The notes under the pieces were generated by a model. It was not told the DNA's origin. It saw only the letters and a list, made by a program, of their open reading frames with translations, and ran no database searches. This document shows positions 24,839 to 34,861 of a stretch of DNA of 64,000 nucleotides, piece by piece. The stretch lies in sequence record OQ417970.1, one strand, 5' to 3'. This DNA is from Mycobacterium phage prophiT46-2. Within the stretch, counting starts at the first letter, position 1. Every line of letters begins with the position of its first letter. A program made the translations under genes and the position numbers.

Positions 24839-26065
24839 GTGCCCGAATACACGCAGCTTGCCGTCGATGACCTGCACACCTTCAAAGGCAACCCGCGCCG
24901 CGGCGATGTCAGCCAGATCGCCGTTTCGTTGACCAAGCACGGCCAGTACCGGCCGCTCGTGGTGAACCGGGGCAGCCAAACCGGCCGCCGTAACGAGGTG
25001 CTGGCCGGCAACCACACGTTGATGGCTGCACGATCGCTCGGCTGGAGCACGATTGATGTCGGGATCGTGGATGTCGATGAGGACACCGCGCGCTCGATCG
25101 TGGCGGCCGATAATCGGCTGGCCGACCTGGGCGAGTACGACACCTCGGACCTGTATCAGCTGTTGTCGTCGATCGAGGACCTGGGCGGAACCGGTTACGG
25201 GCTCGAGGATTTGTTGGCGATGGAGCGCGATCTTTTCCCGCCGGAGCCGCTGACCGATCCAGATGATGTTCCGCCGGCACCGGAGTCGCCGGTGTCGCGC
25301 CCGGGGCAGTTGTGGTCGTTGGGGGAGCATCGGCTGCTGGTCGGATCGGCGACGGATTTGGAGGGTGTGCGGGTGCTGTGTGGTGATGTGCAGCCGGATT
25401 GCGTCTGGACGGACCCGCCTTACGGCGTGGACTATGTGGGGAAGACGAAGGCTGCGCTGCGGATCCAAAACGACGTGACTGGTGGGCTTTTCGAGCTGCT
25501 GAAGGCGGCGTTCGATGTGTTGGCCGCGGTGGCGCGGCCGGGCGCCCCGGTGTACGTGGCTCACGCCGACACCGAGCGCACAACGTTCGAGTCCGCGATG
25601 GAGAGCGCCGGGCTGCAAGTGCGTCAGAACCTGGTGTGGGTGAAGAACATGATGGCCCTTGGCCGTTCGGACTACCAGTATCGGCACGAGCCCATCCTGT
25701 ACGGGTTCGTCCCGGGCGGCGAGGGCCGATTGGGACGCGGTGGTGATCGCTGGTTCGGCGACAACAAGTCCACCACGGTGTTTGAGGTGGATAAGCCTGC
25801 CCGCAACGCCGAACACCCGACGATGAAGCCCGTGGCGTTGATCGACGCGATGCTGGCCAACAGCCTGCGGCCAGGTGGTGTGGTGCTGGATCCGTTCTCG
25901 GGTTCGGGTAGCACGCTGATCGCAGCGCATGGCCGCCAGTCCCGGTGCTTCGGTGTGGAATTGGATCCTCGGTATGCCGATGTGATTCTGCGACGGTTCG
26001 AGGAGCACACGGGCATCGTTCCAGAGCTCGACAGTGTCCCGGTGTCGTTCGCGGGCGCAGCCTGA
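24839..26065 (+). CDS. ParB-like nuclease domain fused to a DNA N6/N4 methyltransferase
   Basis: N-terminal ParB/Srx-like segment (FKGNPRRGD ... LAGNHTLMAA); methyltransferase motifs DPPYG (IV) then DPFSGSGST (I), i.e. beta-class order. Confidence 0.8.
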   Translation: MPEYTQLAVDDLHTFKGNPRRGDVSQIAVSLTKHGQYRPLVVNRGSQTGRRNEVLAGNHTLMAARSLGWSTIDVGIVDVDEDTARSIVAADNRLADLGEYDTSDLYQLLSSIEDLGGTGYGLEDLLAMERDLFPPEPLTDPDDVPPAPESPVSRPGQLWSLGEHRLLVGSATDLEGVRVLCGDVQPDCVWTDPPYGVDYVGKTKAALRIQNDVTGGLFELLKAAFDVLAAVARPGAPVYVAHADTERTTFESAMESAGLQVRQNLVWVKNMMALGRSDYQYRHEPILYGFVPGGEGRLGRGGDRWFGDNKSTTVFEVDKPARNAEHPTMKPVALIDAMLANSLRPGGVVLDPFSGSGSTLIAAHGRQSRCFGVELDPRYADVILRRFEEHTGIVPELDSVPVSFAGAA

Positions 26066-26069
26066 CCTC

Positions 26070-27599
26070 ATGTCCGCTGTGTTGAGTCTGGCGGCTGCTC
26101 GGTATGTGCGGGTGGCACGCGCCCGTCGACGGCCGGGGAGCCCCGCTGAGTTGGCGCGCCGTCTCGACACGAAGTTCCGTGTGACACCGACGATCCGGCT
26201 GCTGTCGGACCTCGCGGTGCGATCGGTCAGGGAGCCGGATCAGCGAGATGTTGTCAGCACTCCGCCGCGGACGGGGAAGTCGCAGTCGCTGGCGATCTGG
26301 ACGCCCGCCTGGGCGTTGGGCGAAAACCCGGATCTGAAGATTGTGATCGTGTCGTACTCGGATGAGTTGGCGCAGACGCATTCTCGTGAGGTCCGCAAGA
26401 TCATCAACGAGCACGCCGAGTTCCTGGGATACCGGCTGGCGCGCGATAAGACGTCGGTGGGTCAGTGGCGGGTGGAGGGCCACGAGGGCGGGGTGCTGGC
26501 CACCGGTATCAACTCGGGTGTGACGGGTTTCGGCGCCGACCTGATGATCATCGATGACCCCGTCAAGGATGCGGCGGAAGCCGACTCGAAGGCGCATCGG
26601 CGGCGCGTGCTCAACGAGTACCAATCGACGTTGTCGACGCGTGTGCATCCGGGCGGCTCCGTCGTGGTGGTGATGACGCGCTGGCATGAGGAAGACTTGG
26701 CCGGGGCGCTGTTGAAGCAGGAGCCGGACCGGTGGCGGCGCACCAACATCCCCGCCGTCTCGGACCCGAAGATCCCCGACGCGCTCTGTCGGCCTGCTGG
26801 TGTGGCGATGATCAGCGCGTTGGGATTCACGGCCGAGCATTTCGCGGCGACACGGCGCACCGTGGGGGAGCGGGTGTGGTTCGCACTGTATTGCGGAGAG
26901 CCCACGGCACCAGCCGGCGGGCTGGTCAAGCAGAAGTGGTTGGACGATGGGCGGCTCCTACTCGCACCGTCGCGGCCGGTGTTCACTGTGGTGGCGGTAG
27001 ACCCGTCCGATAGCGGGTCGGGCGACTCGTGCGGTCTGGTCGCGACGTCGCTCACAGGGCAGGGCGTGGTGGCGTTGATCGCGGACAAGTCCAAGCCGAT
27101 GACATCGGACGAGTGGGCGCGTGAGTCAGTGCGGTTGGCGATCGATGTAGGTGCCAGCGAGATCGCGGTGGAAGGGTTCGCGGCCCGCGAGACCTACACG
27201 CGGGTGGTCAAGGAAGCGATCACCCGTGCCGAGGAGAACGGCGCACTGAACCGGCCGATCACGGTGTCGTCGTGGCCGCCGAAGGGCCGACCGCGCGTGG
27301 GGGATGCAGTGGCACGATCGGCCGCGCTGTTGCAGGCATTGGAGGTCGGGACGTGCCGCCTGGCCGGGCATTTCCCCGAGTTCGAAACAAAGGCGGTCGC
27401 GTGGCAGGCCGGACAGCACCAGCCGGACAACCTGGCGGCGTTAGTGATTGGGCACGATGTCTGCGTGCACTCGGCCGGGTTGGAGTGGGACATCTCAGCG
27501 CCGCTGGTCGACGGCGCACTCGGCCCGACTGCTCGCACTGCTGGCCCCACTGGTTCGGTAGTGGACCTCACCGATTGGATGTCACGCCGGATCGGCTGA
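26070..27599 (+). CDS. terL: terminase large subunit
   Basis: Walker A PPRTGKS, Walker B LMIIDDP, C-terminal nuclease region; ATG 26070 just after the upstream stop. Confidence 0.85.
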   Translation: MSAVLSLAAARYVRVARARRRPGSPAELARRLDTKFRVTPTIRLLSDLAVRSVREPDQRDVVSTPPRTGKSQSLAIWTPAWALGENPDLKIVIVSYSDELAQTHSREVRKIINEHAEFLGYRLARDKTSVGQWRVEGHEGGVLATGINSGVTGFGADLMIIDDPVKDAAEADSKAHRRRVLNEYQSTLSTRVHPGGSVVVVMTRWHEEDLAGALLKQEPDRWRRTNIPAVSDPKIPDALCRPAGVAMISALGFTAEHFAATRRTVGERVWFALYCGEPTAPAGGLVKQKWLDDGRLLLAPSRPVFTVVAVDPSDSGSGDSCGLVATSLTGQGVVALIADKSKPMTSDEWARESVRLAIDVGASEIAVEGFAARETYTRVVKEAITRAEENGALNRPITVSSWPPKGRPRVGDAVARSAALLQALEVGTCRLAGHFPEFETKAVAWQAGQHQPDNLAALVIGHDVCVHSAGLEWDISAPLVDGALGPTARTAGPTGSVVDLTDWMSRRIG

Positions 27600-27639
27600 A
27601 GTTCCTGGCCCTGAGGGTTGACCGTGAGATGCTCGTGGC

Positions 27640-27948
27640 GTGGATGCGGACAACACGGAGAAGGTTGCAGTACAGGATCTGGTCGAGGGAGATGTGGTTC
27701 TGCATCCCGAGCGCCAGATGTGGATGCGAGTCATCGGTATCTTCGACGGACCGGAGACCGTTCACCGGTATGAGCAGGGCAAGGAACCAACTGAGACACG
27801 CAGGTTGCACCGGCAGCTCAAGCTGGACCCGATCCACCGCCTAGAGGTCGAAACGCCAACGCCGTTCTACCTCGACTACCGAGACGCGGGTGTATTGGAG
27901 CTGATAACCCGATGGAAGGGCGGTGACCTGCCGTCGCAGCAGTTCTGA
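27640..27948 (+). CDS. hypothetical protein
   Basis: 102-aa ORF. Confidence 0.4.
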   Translation: MDADNTEKVAVQDLVEGDVVLHPERQMWMRVIGIFDGPETVHRYEQGKEPTETRRLHRQLKLDPIHRLEVETPTPFYLDYRDAGVLELITRWKGGDLPSQQF

Positions 27949-27957
27949 CTCGTCACC

Positions 27958-28233
27958 GTGCGGGCGTACGTTCCTGGCATGGCCTCGGAAACCATCGATG
28001 AACGTTTGGCAGCTCTGCCGGATGCGGCGCTGGGCTTCGCGCTCGGTGTACGGGTGGGTAGTCCGCAGTCAGTCGCGAACGTCGGGCAGGTTTCGACGCT
28101 GATCGTCGAGTTGCAACGCCGCGGTGTGTACCAGGACATGCTGGCAGTATTGGATCCTGAGTTGGCGGCACGGATCGAGTTATTGGACAGCGCCGATCGC
28201 GGCCAACGCTGGGCCCGCACTGGGCACAGGTGA
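27958..28233 (+). CDS. hypothetical protein
   Basis: 91-aa ORF. Confidence 0.35.
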   Translation: MRAYVPGMASETIDERLAALPDAALGFALGVRVGSPQSVANVGQVSTLIVELQRRGVYQDMLAVLDPELAARIELLDSADRGQRWARTGHR

Positions 28234-28246
28234 GAGGAGTACTCCG

Positions 28247-28516
28247 TTGAGCACGTTCCATATCGACGTCTATCCGGTTGGAGTCCTGGAAGCTTGGCAG
28301 CACAGGCGAATTCCCGGGAAACTCGGCCAGTGTTGGCGCTACCTGCTCTACCAGGCTCGGCGTCGTAATTGGCGGGCGATCCGAAATTCGTTCGGCGGTT
28401 ACCACGCCGAACTGAGCGCAAGCGAGTTCGCAACCCGCTGCGGACATGGTTGGTCGAAGCGGCGTGCGATGACGGACTTGATCCGTATCGTCGCGCTCGA
28501 CGCCGTCCACCTATGA
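28247..28516 (+). CDS. hypothetical protein (TTG start after GAGGAG SD)
   Basis: SD GAGGAG 9 nt upstream of the TTG; the longer ATG 28124 version overlaps the previous gene extensively. Confidence 0.3.
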   Translation: MSTFHIDVYPVGVLEAWQHRRIPGKLGQCWRYLLYQARRRNWRAIRNSFGGYHAELSASEFATRCGHGWSKRRAMTDLIRIVALDAVHL

Positions 28517-28579
28517 CCCAGATCACCTGCAACGTAACGGTTTAGGTCTTCGGCGCGTTCTCGCTGGGCTGCTGGTGGT

Positions 28580-29158
28580 GTGTGGGCTTACCGTGACGCT
28601 TGTGTGGTCGATGAACTCGATTCCGGTGGGCGCGGTTTGACGACGCCAGAGCGGTGGGAGCCCGATACACAGATGGTTGCGGCGGTGCTTTCGTCCCCGA
28701 AATCGTTCCGCAAGATGACCGAGATGTGCGATCAGGACCGAGCCTGGCTCGTCGCTGGACTCACGGCCGCGGGTATGACGGCCCAAGACATCGCTGCTCG
28801 AACTGGCTGCAGCTTGCGCCTCATCCGTGCGATCCGCGCCGAGGACATGACGCAGGCGTTCGTGGTCGCGCAGCGGGAGGCGCGCGAGGTCAGCGACGAA
28901 CTGCGTTTGGAGCGTATCGAACTCACGGCCACCCGACACGAGGCGGATCAGTCCAAGGCCGAAGCAGCGCGTCTGCGCACGCAGATAGATCAGCTTATCG
29001 ATGCCCACCTGGCTGGCACGCTCACGTTGTTCCGTTGCGGGCACGCGCAAGTCAAGTACAACGTGTACGAGCATGGCGGACGCAAGTTCTGCCGCGAATG
29101 TGCGCGACTACGCAAGCAGGAGCAGCGTAAATCTAAGCGTTTAGCTGCGGTGTCCTAA
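28580..29158 (+). CDS. HTH / coiled-coil / C-terminal zinc-ribbon protein
   Basis: MTAQDIAARTGCSLRLIRAI HTH-like segment; central coiled coil; C-terminal CGHAQ ... CRECARLRK. Confidence 0.45.
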   Translation: MWAYRDACVVDELDSGGRGLTTPERWEPDTQMVAAVLSSPKSFRKMTEMCDQDRAWLVAGLTAAGMTAQDIAARTGCSLRLIRAIRAEDMTQAFVVAQREAREVSDELRLERIELTATRHEADQSKAEAARLRTQIDQLIDAHLAGTLTLFRCGHAQVKYNVYEHGGRKFCRECARLRKQEQRKSKRLAAVS

Positions 29159-29195
29159 TTCTGTAGGACAGTTTCAGCGGGATAGGTTTCACCCC

Positions 29196-29642
29196 TTGGC
29201 CTTAGCGTCGGCGATCATGAACACCGGCCTCGGACTCACCGTTCTGATCCTCATCATCTACGTGCTCGCTGTGATGCGACTCGTGCGGCTGATCAACTAC
29301 GACACCATCCTGGATCCTGTGCGGCTGTGGATCGCTCACCGCGCGAATCTGGCGATGATCGCCGCCGATGAGGCGCGAACGGCCGGCCATCCGGTCACCG
29401 CGCAATCGCACACCCGCCGGATGGCGCGCTGGAACCTGCTGGCCGAATTCCTCGGATGCCCCTGGTGCGTGGGGTTTTGGCTTGCGCTGGCCGCCGCGGT
29501 GGCGCCAGTGCATATCATCGGCTGGCCGTGGTGGGCTGTCTTCGGTGTGGCGTTGGCGTGTTCGTATGTCGTCGGGCTGGCCGCGCCGCTGACGGCCGAC
29601 GAAATGGAGATCGTCAGCGGCGACGCGGACGCCGGCCAGTAA
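29196..29642 (+). CDS. membrane protein (DUF1360-like)
   Basis: Hydrophobic N-terminus LTVLILIIYVLAVMRLVRLINYDTILDP and CPWCVGFWLALAAAV resemble DUF1360 membrane proteins. Confidence 0.5.
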   Translation: MALASAIMNTGLGLTVLILIIYVLAVMRLVRLINYDTILDPVRLWIAHRANLAMIAADEARTAGHPVTAQSHTRRMARWNLLAEFLGCPWCVGFWLALAAAVAPVHIIGWPWWAVFGVALACSYVVGLAAPLTADEMEIVSGDADAGQ

Positions 29643-29669
29643 ACACCCTGCACAGTTACCGTCTGCGAC

Positions 29670-31571
29670 GTGGCCGCCCCAGACTTGCGTGTTGTTCGAC
29701 GCCGTAGAGGCGACGCGTTGACGGCCTCTGCGCCGCGCGCCCTGATCGCAGCGAGCACCCCTGTAACCAACTCGGCCCAGATCTTCCAGGCCGGATCGGT
29801 CGGCCGTCGGAGCAACTGGCAGGCTGAAGCTTGGGAGCTGTACCGGGCAGTCGGAGAGCTGCGCTACTACGTTGGATGGCGGGCCAACTCATGCTCACGA
29901 GTCCGATTCGTGGCCTCCGAAATCGACGCCGACAGCGGTGAGCCAACCGGAAGTATCGCTGAGGACAACCGTGAGGGACAACGGGTCACCGAGATCGTCC
30001 GCAAGATCGCCGGCGGCAGGCTAGGGCAGGCGCAGCTGACTCGACGGGCCGCCGAATCGTTGACGGTCCCGGGTGAGCTGTGGATCGCGATCCTGATGCG
30101 GACCGAGGGCACCGGCCAAAACCAGAGGCAGGTGGCCAAGTGGTATGCGGTCACGCGCAGAGAGATTGAACAAGGCCCGCGAAGCAACACCGTGACGATC
30201 AAGCTGCCTGACGGCACGAAGCACGTGTTCGATCAGAGCAAGGGCGACGGCATGTTCCGGGTGTGGAACCCCGACGCCGAAGACGCGTCGCTGCCTGACT
30301 CGCCTGTGCAGGCGTGCTTGGACTCTCTGCGCGAGATCGTGCGCACCACGAAAAAGATCAAGAACGCGGACAACTCGCGCCTGCTGAACAACGGTCTGCT
30401 GTTCGTGCCGTCGGAAGCGACATTGCCCGATCAGCAGTCGCCGGTGGCGGCCGATAAACCCGGCGACTCGGCTCCGCAGCTGCAACAGGGCCGCCGAGTC
30501 GCAGCTTCTCTGCAGCAGATGATCGTTCAGGTCGCCGAGACCGCGTCCAAGGACGAGAACAGCATGGCTGCCTTGGTCCCGATTGTCGCGGCTGTGCCTG
30601 GCGATCACCTAGCGAAGATCAACCATCTTGAGTTCGGCAAGGACGTTACCGACACGGCGCTGAACACTCGGGAGAAGGCGATCGCCCGGCTAGCGACGGG
30701 GTTGGACATGTCCCGGGAGCGGCTGCTGGGTCTGAGTACTGGAAACCATTGGTCCGCATGGGCTATCGATGATCAGGACGTGCAGGTGCACATCAAGCCC
30801 GTCATGGAAATCATCTGTCATGCGATCTACGAGTCGGTTCTTCGCGGGATGTTGATTGATGAGGGAATCGACCCTGACAAATACATTCTCTGGTACGACG
30901 CATCGGCCCTGACGTCCGATCCGGATCTGACCGACGAGACGAAGGACGCGTTCGAGAAGGGCGCGGTTACAAGCGAATACCTGGTACGGACCTATGGGAT
31001 TCCTGATGACGCAATGTATGACTTCACCAGTTTGGAGGGCTGGCAGCAGTGGGCGCAGGACAGGGTGAGTCAAGATCCCACGCTGCTGCGTGAACTGCTG
31101 CCGCTACTGGACAGTTCGGTGCAGGGCATCGAGTTCCCTGAGCCCGTTGCAGCGCTGCCACCCGGACAAGACGGCGGGGAAGATGACGCGTCGGGTGCTG
31201 AGCAGCAGCAGGAACCGGACACCGAGGACGACGGCAGCGGTGTGCAGGCCAGCGCGCGGGCCAACGTGGAACTTGCGGTGGTGGATCTGATGGTGGGCCG
31301 CGCTCTCGAGTTGGCCGGCAAGCGGCGCGTCCGTACGAATGATCGTGAGCAGCACGCGCGGCTCAAGGGCATCCCGACGCACGAATATCACCGGTACATG
31401 GGCCCGGTTGATGAGCCGGAGGTGTCGCGGCTTATCAAGGGATGGGACAGCATCATGAGCGAGTCGGCGTTGTCGCGGTTGGGTATTGACCCCGATCGGG
31501 TGCGGGCCGCAGTAGCGCGGGCTGCACGTAAAGAACTGACATCGCAGGTCATCGACGGACAGGTCGGCTGA
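29670..31571 (+). CDS. portal protein (true start may be downstream of 29670)
   Basis: 633-aa ORF placed between terminase and a MuF-like morphogenesis gene; size and position typical of portal. Confidence 0.6.
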   Translation: MAAPDLRVVRRRRGDALTASAPRALIAASTPVTNSAQIFQAGSVGRRSNWQAEAWELYRAVGELRYYVGWRANSCSRVRFVASEIDADSGEPTGSIAEDNREGQRVTEIVRKIAGGRLGQAQLTRRAAESLTVPGELWIAILMRTEGTGQNQRQVAKWYAVTRREIEQGPRSNTVTIKLPDGTKHVFDQSKGDGMFRVWNPDAEDASLPDSPVQACLDSLREIVRTTKKIKNADNSRLLNNGLLFVPSEATLPDQQSPVAADKPGDSAPQLQQGRRVAASLQQMIVQVAETASKDENSMAALVPIVAAVPGDHLAKINHLEFGKDVTDTALNTREKAIARLATGLDMSRERLLGLSTGNHWSAWAIDDQDVQVHIKPVMEIICHAIYESVLRGMLIDEGIDPDKYILWYDASALTSDPDLTDETKDAFEKGAVTSEYLVRTYGIPDDAMYDFTSLEGWQQWAQDRVSQDPTLLRELLPLLDSSVQGIEFPEPVAALPPGQDGGEDDASGAEQQQEPDTEDDGSGVQASARANVELAVVDLMVGRALELAGKRRVRTNDREQHARLKGIPTHEYHRYMGPVDEPEVSRLIKGWDSIMSESALSRLGIDPDRVRAAVARAARKELTSQVIDGQVG

Positions 31572-31738
31572 TGGCTCGCATCGACAAGACGCACCCCGGC
31601 AAGGTCGTTGCCTACGAAGGCGAGGTGAACGCGAGCTACTACATCGAGAGCCGTCGGGTAATTGTCGTGGCCGATTCTGGCAGCTTCGCCGACGTATTGG
31701 CCGCAGTGACGGCTCTCAGGGACGAGGTGTGCTGATGG
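31571..31738 (+). CDS. small hypothetical protein (55 aa)
   Basis: ATGA overlap with the portal stop and with the next gene. Confidence 0.35.
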
Positions 31739-32127
31739 ACATCGCATCCGCGATTGCGCTGGCAGGGCTCGCGCACATGGTGGGGGACTATGTCATTCAG
31801 TCCGATTGGATGGCCCAGGAGAAGACAAAACGCTGGTGGCCCGCTATCGCGCACGCGGTGACCTATGGGTTGCCGTTCGTGTTCGTCGCGCAGTCGGCGC
31901 TTGCGATGCTGGTGATTGTTGGTACGCATGCGGTGATCGACCGTTATCGGCTGGCGCGGCATGTGGTGTGGTTCAAGAATCAGTTGGCGCCGCGGGCGTT
32001 CCGGCCGCTCCACACCGCGACAGGGCACGGTGCTGATCGCCCCGATTGGCTTGCGGTGTGGCTGCTCATTATCGCGGACAACGTGATTCACATGCTGATC
32101 AACGTCGCGTCGGTGGTGTGGCTCTGA
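31735..32127 (+). CDS. membrane protein (DUF3307-like)
   Basis: HMVGDYVIQSDWMAQEKTKRWW ... 3-4 TM segments. Confidence 0.5.
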   Translation: MDIASAIALAGLAHMVGDYVIQSDWMAQEKTKRWWPAIAHAVTYGLPFVFVAQSALAMLVIVGTHAVIDRYRLARHVVWFKNQLAPRAFRPLHTATGHGADRPDWLAVWLLIIADNVIHMLINVASVVWL

Positions 32128-34484
32128 TGTGGCCTGAGCGTGGTGAGGCGCTGTCCCGGACGATCGAGGCCGAGGCGGCGATCAGCGACCTGTACGCGGA
32201 GACGTTGCGGCGCTGGGCACCGGAGGCGCGCGCCGCGGTGCTGCCCGCTCTGACCGCCGCAGCTGCGTTACCCCCGGACCCTGACGCCGTCGCGCAGACC
32301 CAGAGCATGTGGGACCAGCACTCCGAAGCCATTATCGTGACTGGCCTCGGCATCTTGTGGGCGGCGTCGGTGTACGAAGCCACGATCGGCCTGGGCGGCG
32401 CGGTCGTCGACGTGGTCGTGCCCGACCTCGACACCGTGGTGCTGGCCATCGTGCTCGGCTCGCTGCTCATGTCCGGCAAGGAAATCGCTGCCGCCGTCGC
32501 CCATGTCGAAGCTAACCCGGCGCTCGCCGCTGCGCGCGATGACTTCCTGGCCAGCCGCCGCGACAATATCGCGGCTACACCCGCGATGGTGCGCGCCAAG
32601 ATGGAAGCCGCGCTCGCCGAGCCGACGCTGACCTTGTCAGTGAGCCCCGAGGACCGGCCGGAGGTGTTGCGCGCCAGGGCGGCCGAAGTCCTGGAGCCAT
32701 CGTCGAACGAAATGCGTGACCTGGCCCGCGAGCGTGGGTACCAGGCCGCCGATGTGCTCAACAACGCGGTTGTCGCCGCTGCGGCGCAGTCGGAAGAGTC
32801 CGCAGGGCTGGAGAAGACGTGGATCTGCACTCTCGATGGCAAGACCCGGCCGACGCACTGGGCCGCTGACGGGCAGCGAGTGCCGCTCAAGGGCCACTTC
32901 ACCGTTGGCGGTGAGCAGCTGTTTGTCCCGGGCGATATGTCTGCGTCGCCTGCGGAGTGGAAGAACTGCCGGTGCCGCGTCGGCATTCTCGCGGCCGGCG
33001 AGGAGCTGCCGGACGAGGTTGATCGGCACACTGAGCGGCTGGACGGTCGGGATTCGGTGGCAGTCAACCGTGATGGGCGCACCCAGGCAGAGGAAATTGA
33101 GCGCCGAGACAAGGCGGGCAATGTGCGTGCCCGCGACGACGAGGACGGTATCGGGCGCGTGGCGTCCGGCGGCTGGGTCGCATCGAGTGAACAGGAGTAC
33201 GAAATGGCTGAAGACACAGAGACCTATTTGACGTTTACCGACGCGCTATTCGCGGTGACCGGTACTCCGACGTCGGATGGTCGGATGCTTGCAGCCGACA
33301 TCGAGTTGACGTTCCGCGACACCCCTATGCCGTTGCAGTGGTGCGAGAAAATGGAAGGCGGCCACTACGGGTCAGTCACAGTCGGCGTCATCGAGGCGAT
33401 CCGGTTCAAAGACGGCGAGGTTCGTGCGGACGGCTACATGCTCAACAACGACAACGCCATCAAAGCGATCGACCTAGTGAGTCATGGTGTGTGCAATCCG
33501 TCCGTCGATCTGGGTGATGTCACGATGATCGCCACGTACCAAGACGGCACAGTAGTGACAGAGGAAAACTACGACCCTGACCGCGAGATATTCGCCACTA
33601 CAACGGCTGCCGAAGTACTCGCCACCACCATCGTGGCTATCCCGGCATTCGGGCAGACAAGGTTTGCCCTGAACGCCGAACGCGAGGCGCGCGACAAGGC
33701 ACTGGTAGCGTCGATGGCCGCGAAATTCCAACCACGCGTGTACGCCCCGGTCTTGTTCTCCGACCCCGGGCTCGCTGGACCCACTCCGCTGTCGATCGAC
33801 CCCGAAACGGGGCGGATCTTCGGACATGTAGCCACCTTCAATGAAAAGCATCGTTCCGTTGGCCTCGGGCATATCTCGCCTCCGCGGTCGCACACCGGGT
33901 ATGCACATTTTCACTCGTCGCCGCCGGTGCGCCTTTCCGATGGCACTGAACTATCGGTGGGTCGGCTGACCGTGGGCATCGGACACGCACCGGTGTCTGG
34001 AGTGAGCAACGCCGAAGCTCAGGCGCACTACGACAACGCCGAGGCGTGCTTTGCGCTCGTACGAGCCGGAGAAGACGCCCACGGCATCTGGGTGTCGGGT
34101 GTCGCAGCTCCGTGGGCGACACCGGCCAAGATCGAGATGGGCTTGGCCGCGCCCTTGTCCGGCGACTGGCGCCCATACGGCGGAAACCTCGAACTCGTTG
34201 CCGTGCTGGCAGTCAACACACCAGGATTCCTGTGCCGCAGAACAACCGACTCACAAGGCAACCCGTTGTCGTTGGTGGCTTCCATGTCGCCGCGCCCGGG
34301 AGCGCCCGGCACTACAGCGCTGTCTCGCGATGACATCAAGGCTGCCGTAACCGAAGCTTTGGCCGAATCCGCCCATGCTGCCAAGCGGGCCGCGCTGCTC
34401 ACGCGTGCGACATTGGCCGTTGGGGATCCGCCGCCGGAGCCATCGCCGGCTGAGCGGATGAGCCAACTGCTGGAGCGTGCCTGA
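32127..34484 (+). CDS. head morphogenesis protein (Mu F / SPP1 gp7-like domain) with a long C-terminal extension, possibly a fused prohead protease
   Basis: WICTLDGKTRPTHWAADGQRVPLKGHFTVGGEQLFVPGDMSASPAEWKNCRCRV matches the MuF-like domain; 786 aa from ATG 32127. Confidence 0.65.
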   Translation: MWPERGEALSRTIEAEAAISDLYAETLRRWAPEARAAVLPALTAAAALPPDPDAVAQTQSMWDQHSEAIIVTGLGILWAASVYEATIGLGGAVVDVVVPDLDTVVLAIVLGSLLMSGKEIAAAVAHVEANPALAAARDDFLASRRDNIAATPAMVRAKMEAALAEPTLTLSVSPEDRPEVLRARAAEVLEPSSNEMRDLARERGYQAADVLNNAVVAAAAQSEESAGLEKTWICTLDGKTRPTHWAADGQRVPLKGHFTVGGEQLFVPGDMSASPAEWKNCRCRVGILAAGEELPDEVDRHTERLDGRDSVAVNRDGRTQAEEIERRDKAGNVRARDDEDGIGRVASGGWVASSEQEYEMAEDTETYLTFTDALFAVTGTPTSDGRMLAADIELTFRDTPMPLQWCEKMEGGHYGSVTVGVIEAIRFKDGEVRADGYMLNNDNAIKAIDLVSHGVCNPSVDLGDVTMIATYQDGTVVTEENYDPDREIFATTTAAEVLATTIVAIPAFGQTRFALNAEREARDKALVASMAAKFQPRVYAPVLFSDPGLAGPTPLSIDPETGRIFGHVATFNEKHRSVGLGHISPPRSHTGYAHFHSSPPVRLSDGTELSVGRLTVGIGHAPVSGVSNAEAQAHYDNAEACFALVRAGEDAHGIWVSGVAAPWATPAKIEMGLAAPLSGDWRPYGGNLELVAVLAVNTPGFLCRRTTDSQGNPLSLVASMSPRPGAPGTTALSRDDIKAAVTEALAESAHAAKRAALLTRATLAVGDPPPEPSPAERMSQLLERA

Positions 34485-34861
34485 TGGGGTGCGGATGCCG
34501 CAGGGGCACACGCGCCGGTTCGGTCACGTCTTCCGGTGCGACGGTGCAGAGTTTCGAATACACCGCGCCAGATAAGACGGTCACTTCGTTCCTGACGCTC
34601 ATTGAGGCCAAGAAGGAACAACGCCGAAATGGTGGCGGCACCATCAAGCTCATCACCAGCTGAGTTTCTTAAAGGCTGTTAACCGCAGAGGGATTCCCGC
34701 AGGTCTTTGACCTGCGGGTTTCTCTTTTGGCGGCTGCTACTCGAAAAGCGTGTGCACGCACCGTCTCTACGTTCTGCGGCCAAGAGAGTTCCTGTCATGC
34801 GCTATGTGCCGGGGAGCGATCGAACAGACCGAGAGTTTCACTCTGAGAACAGGAGCACGCA

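Noticed and set aside
24812-26840. Very long - strand ORFs (452 aa and 643 aa) antisense to the ParB-MTase and terminase genes
   Set aside because: Arg/Pro/Ala-rich low-complexity translations typical of shadow ORFs in high-GC DNA; the + strand genes have clear catalytic motifs
32099-33217. 372-aa - strand ORF antisense to the MuF-like gene
   Set aside because: Ser/Ala/Arg-rich shadow ORF; the + strand gene has a clear conserved MuF domain
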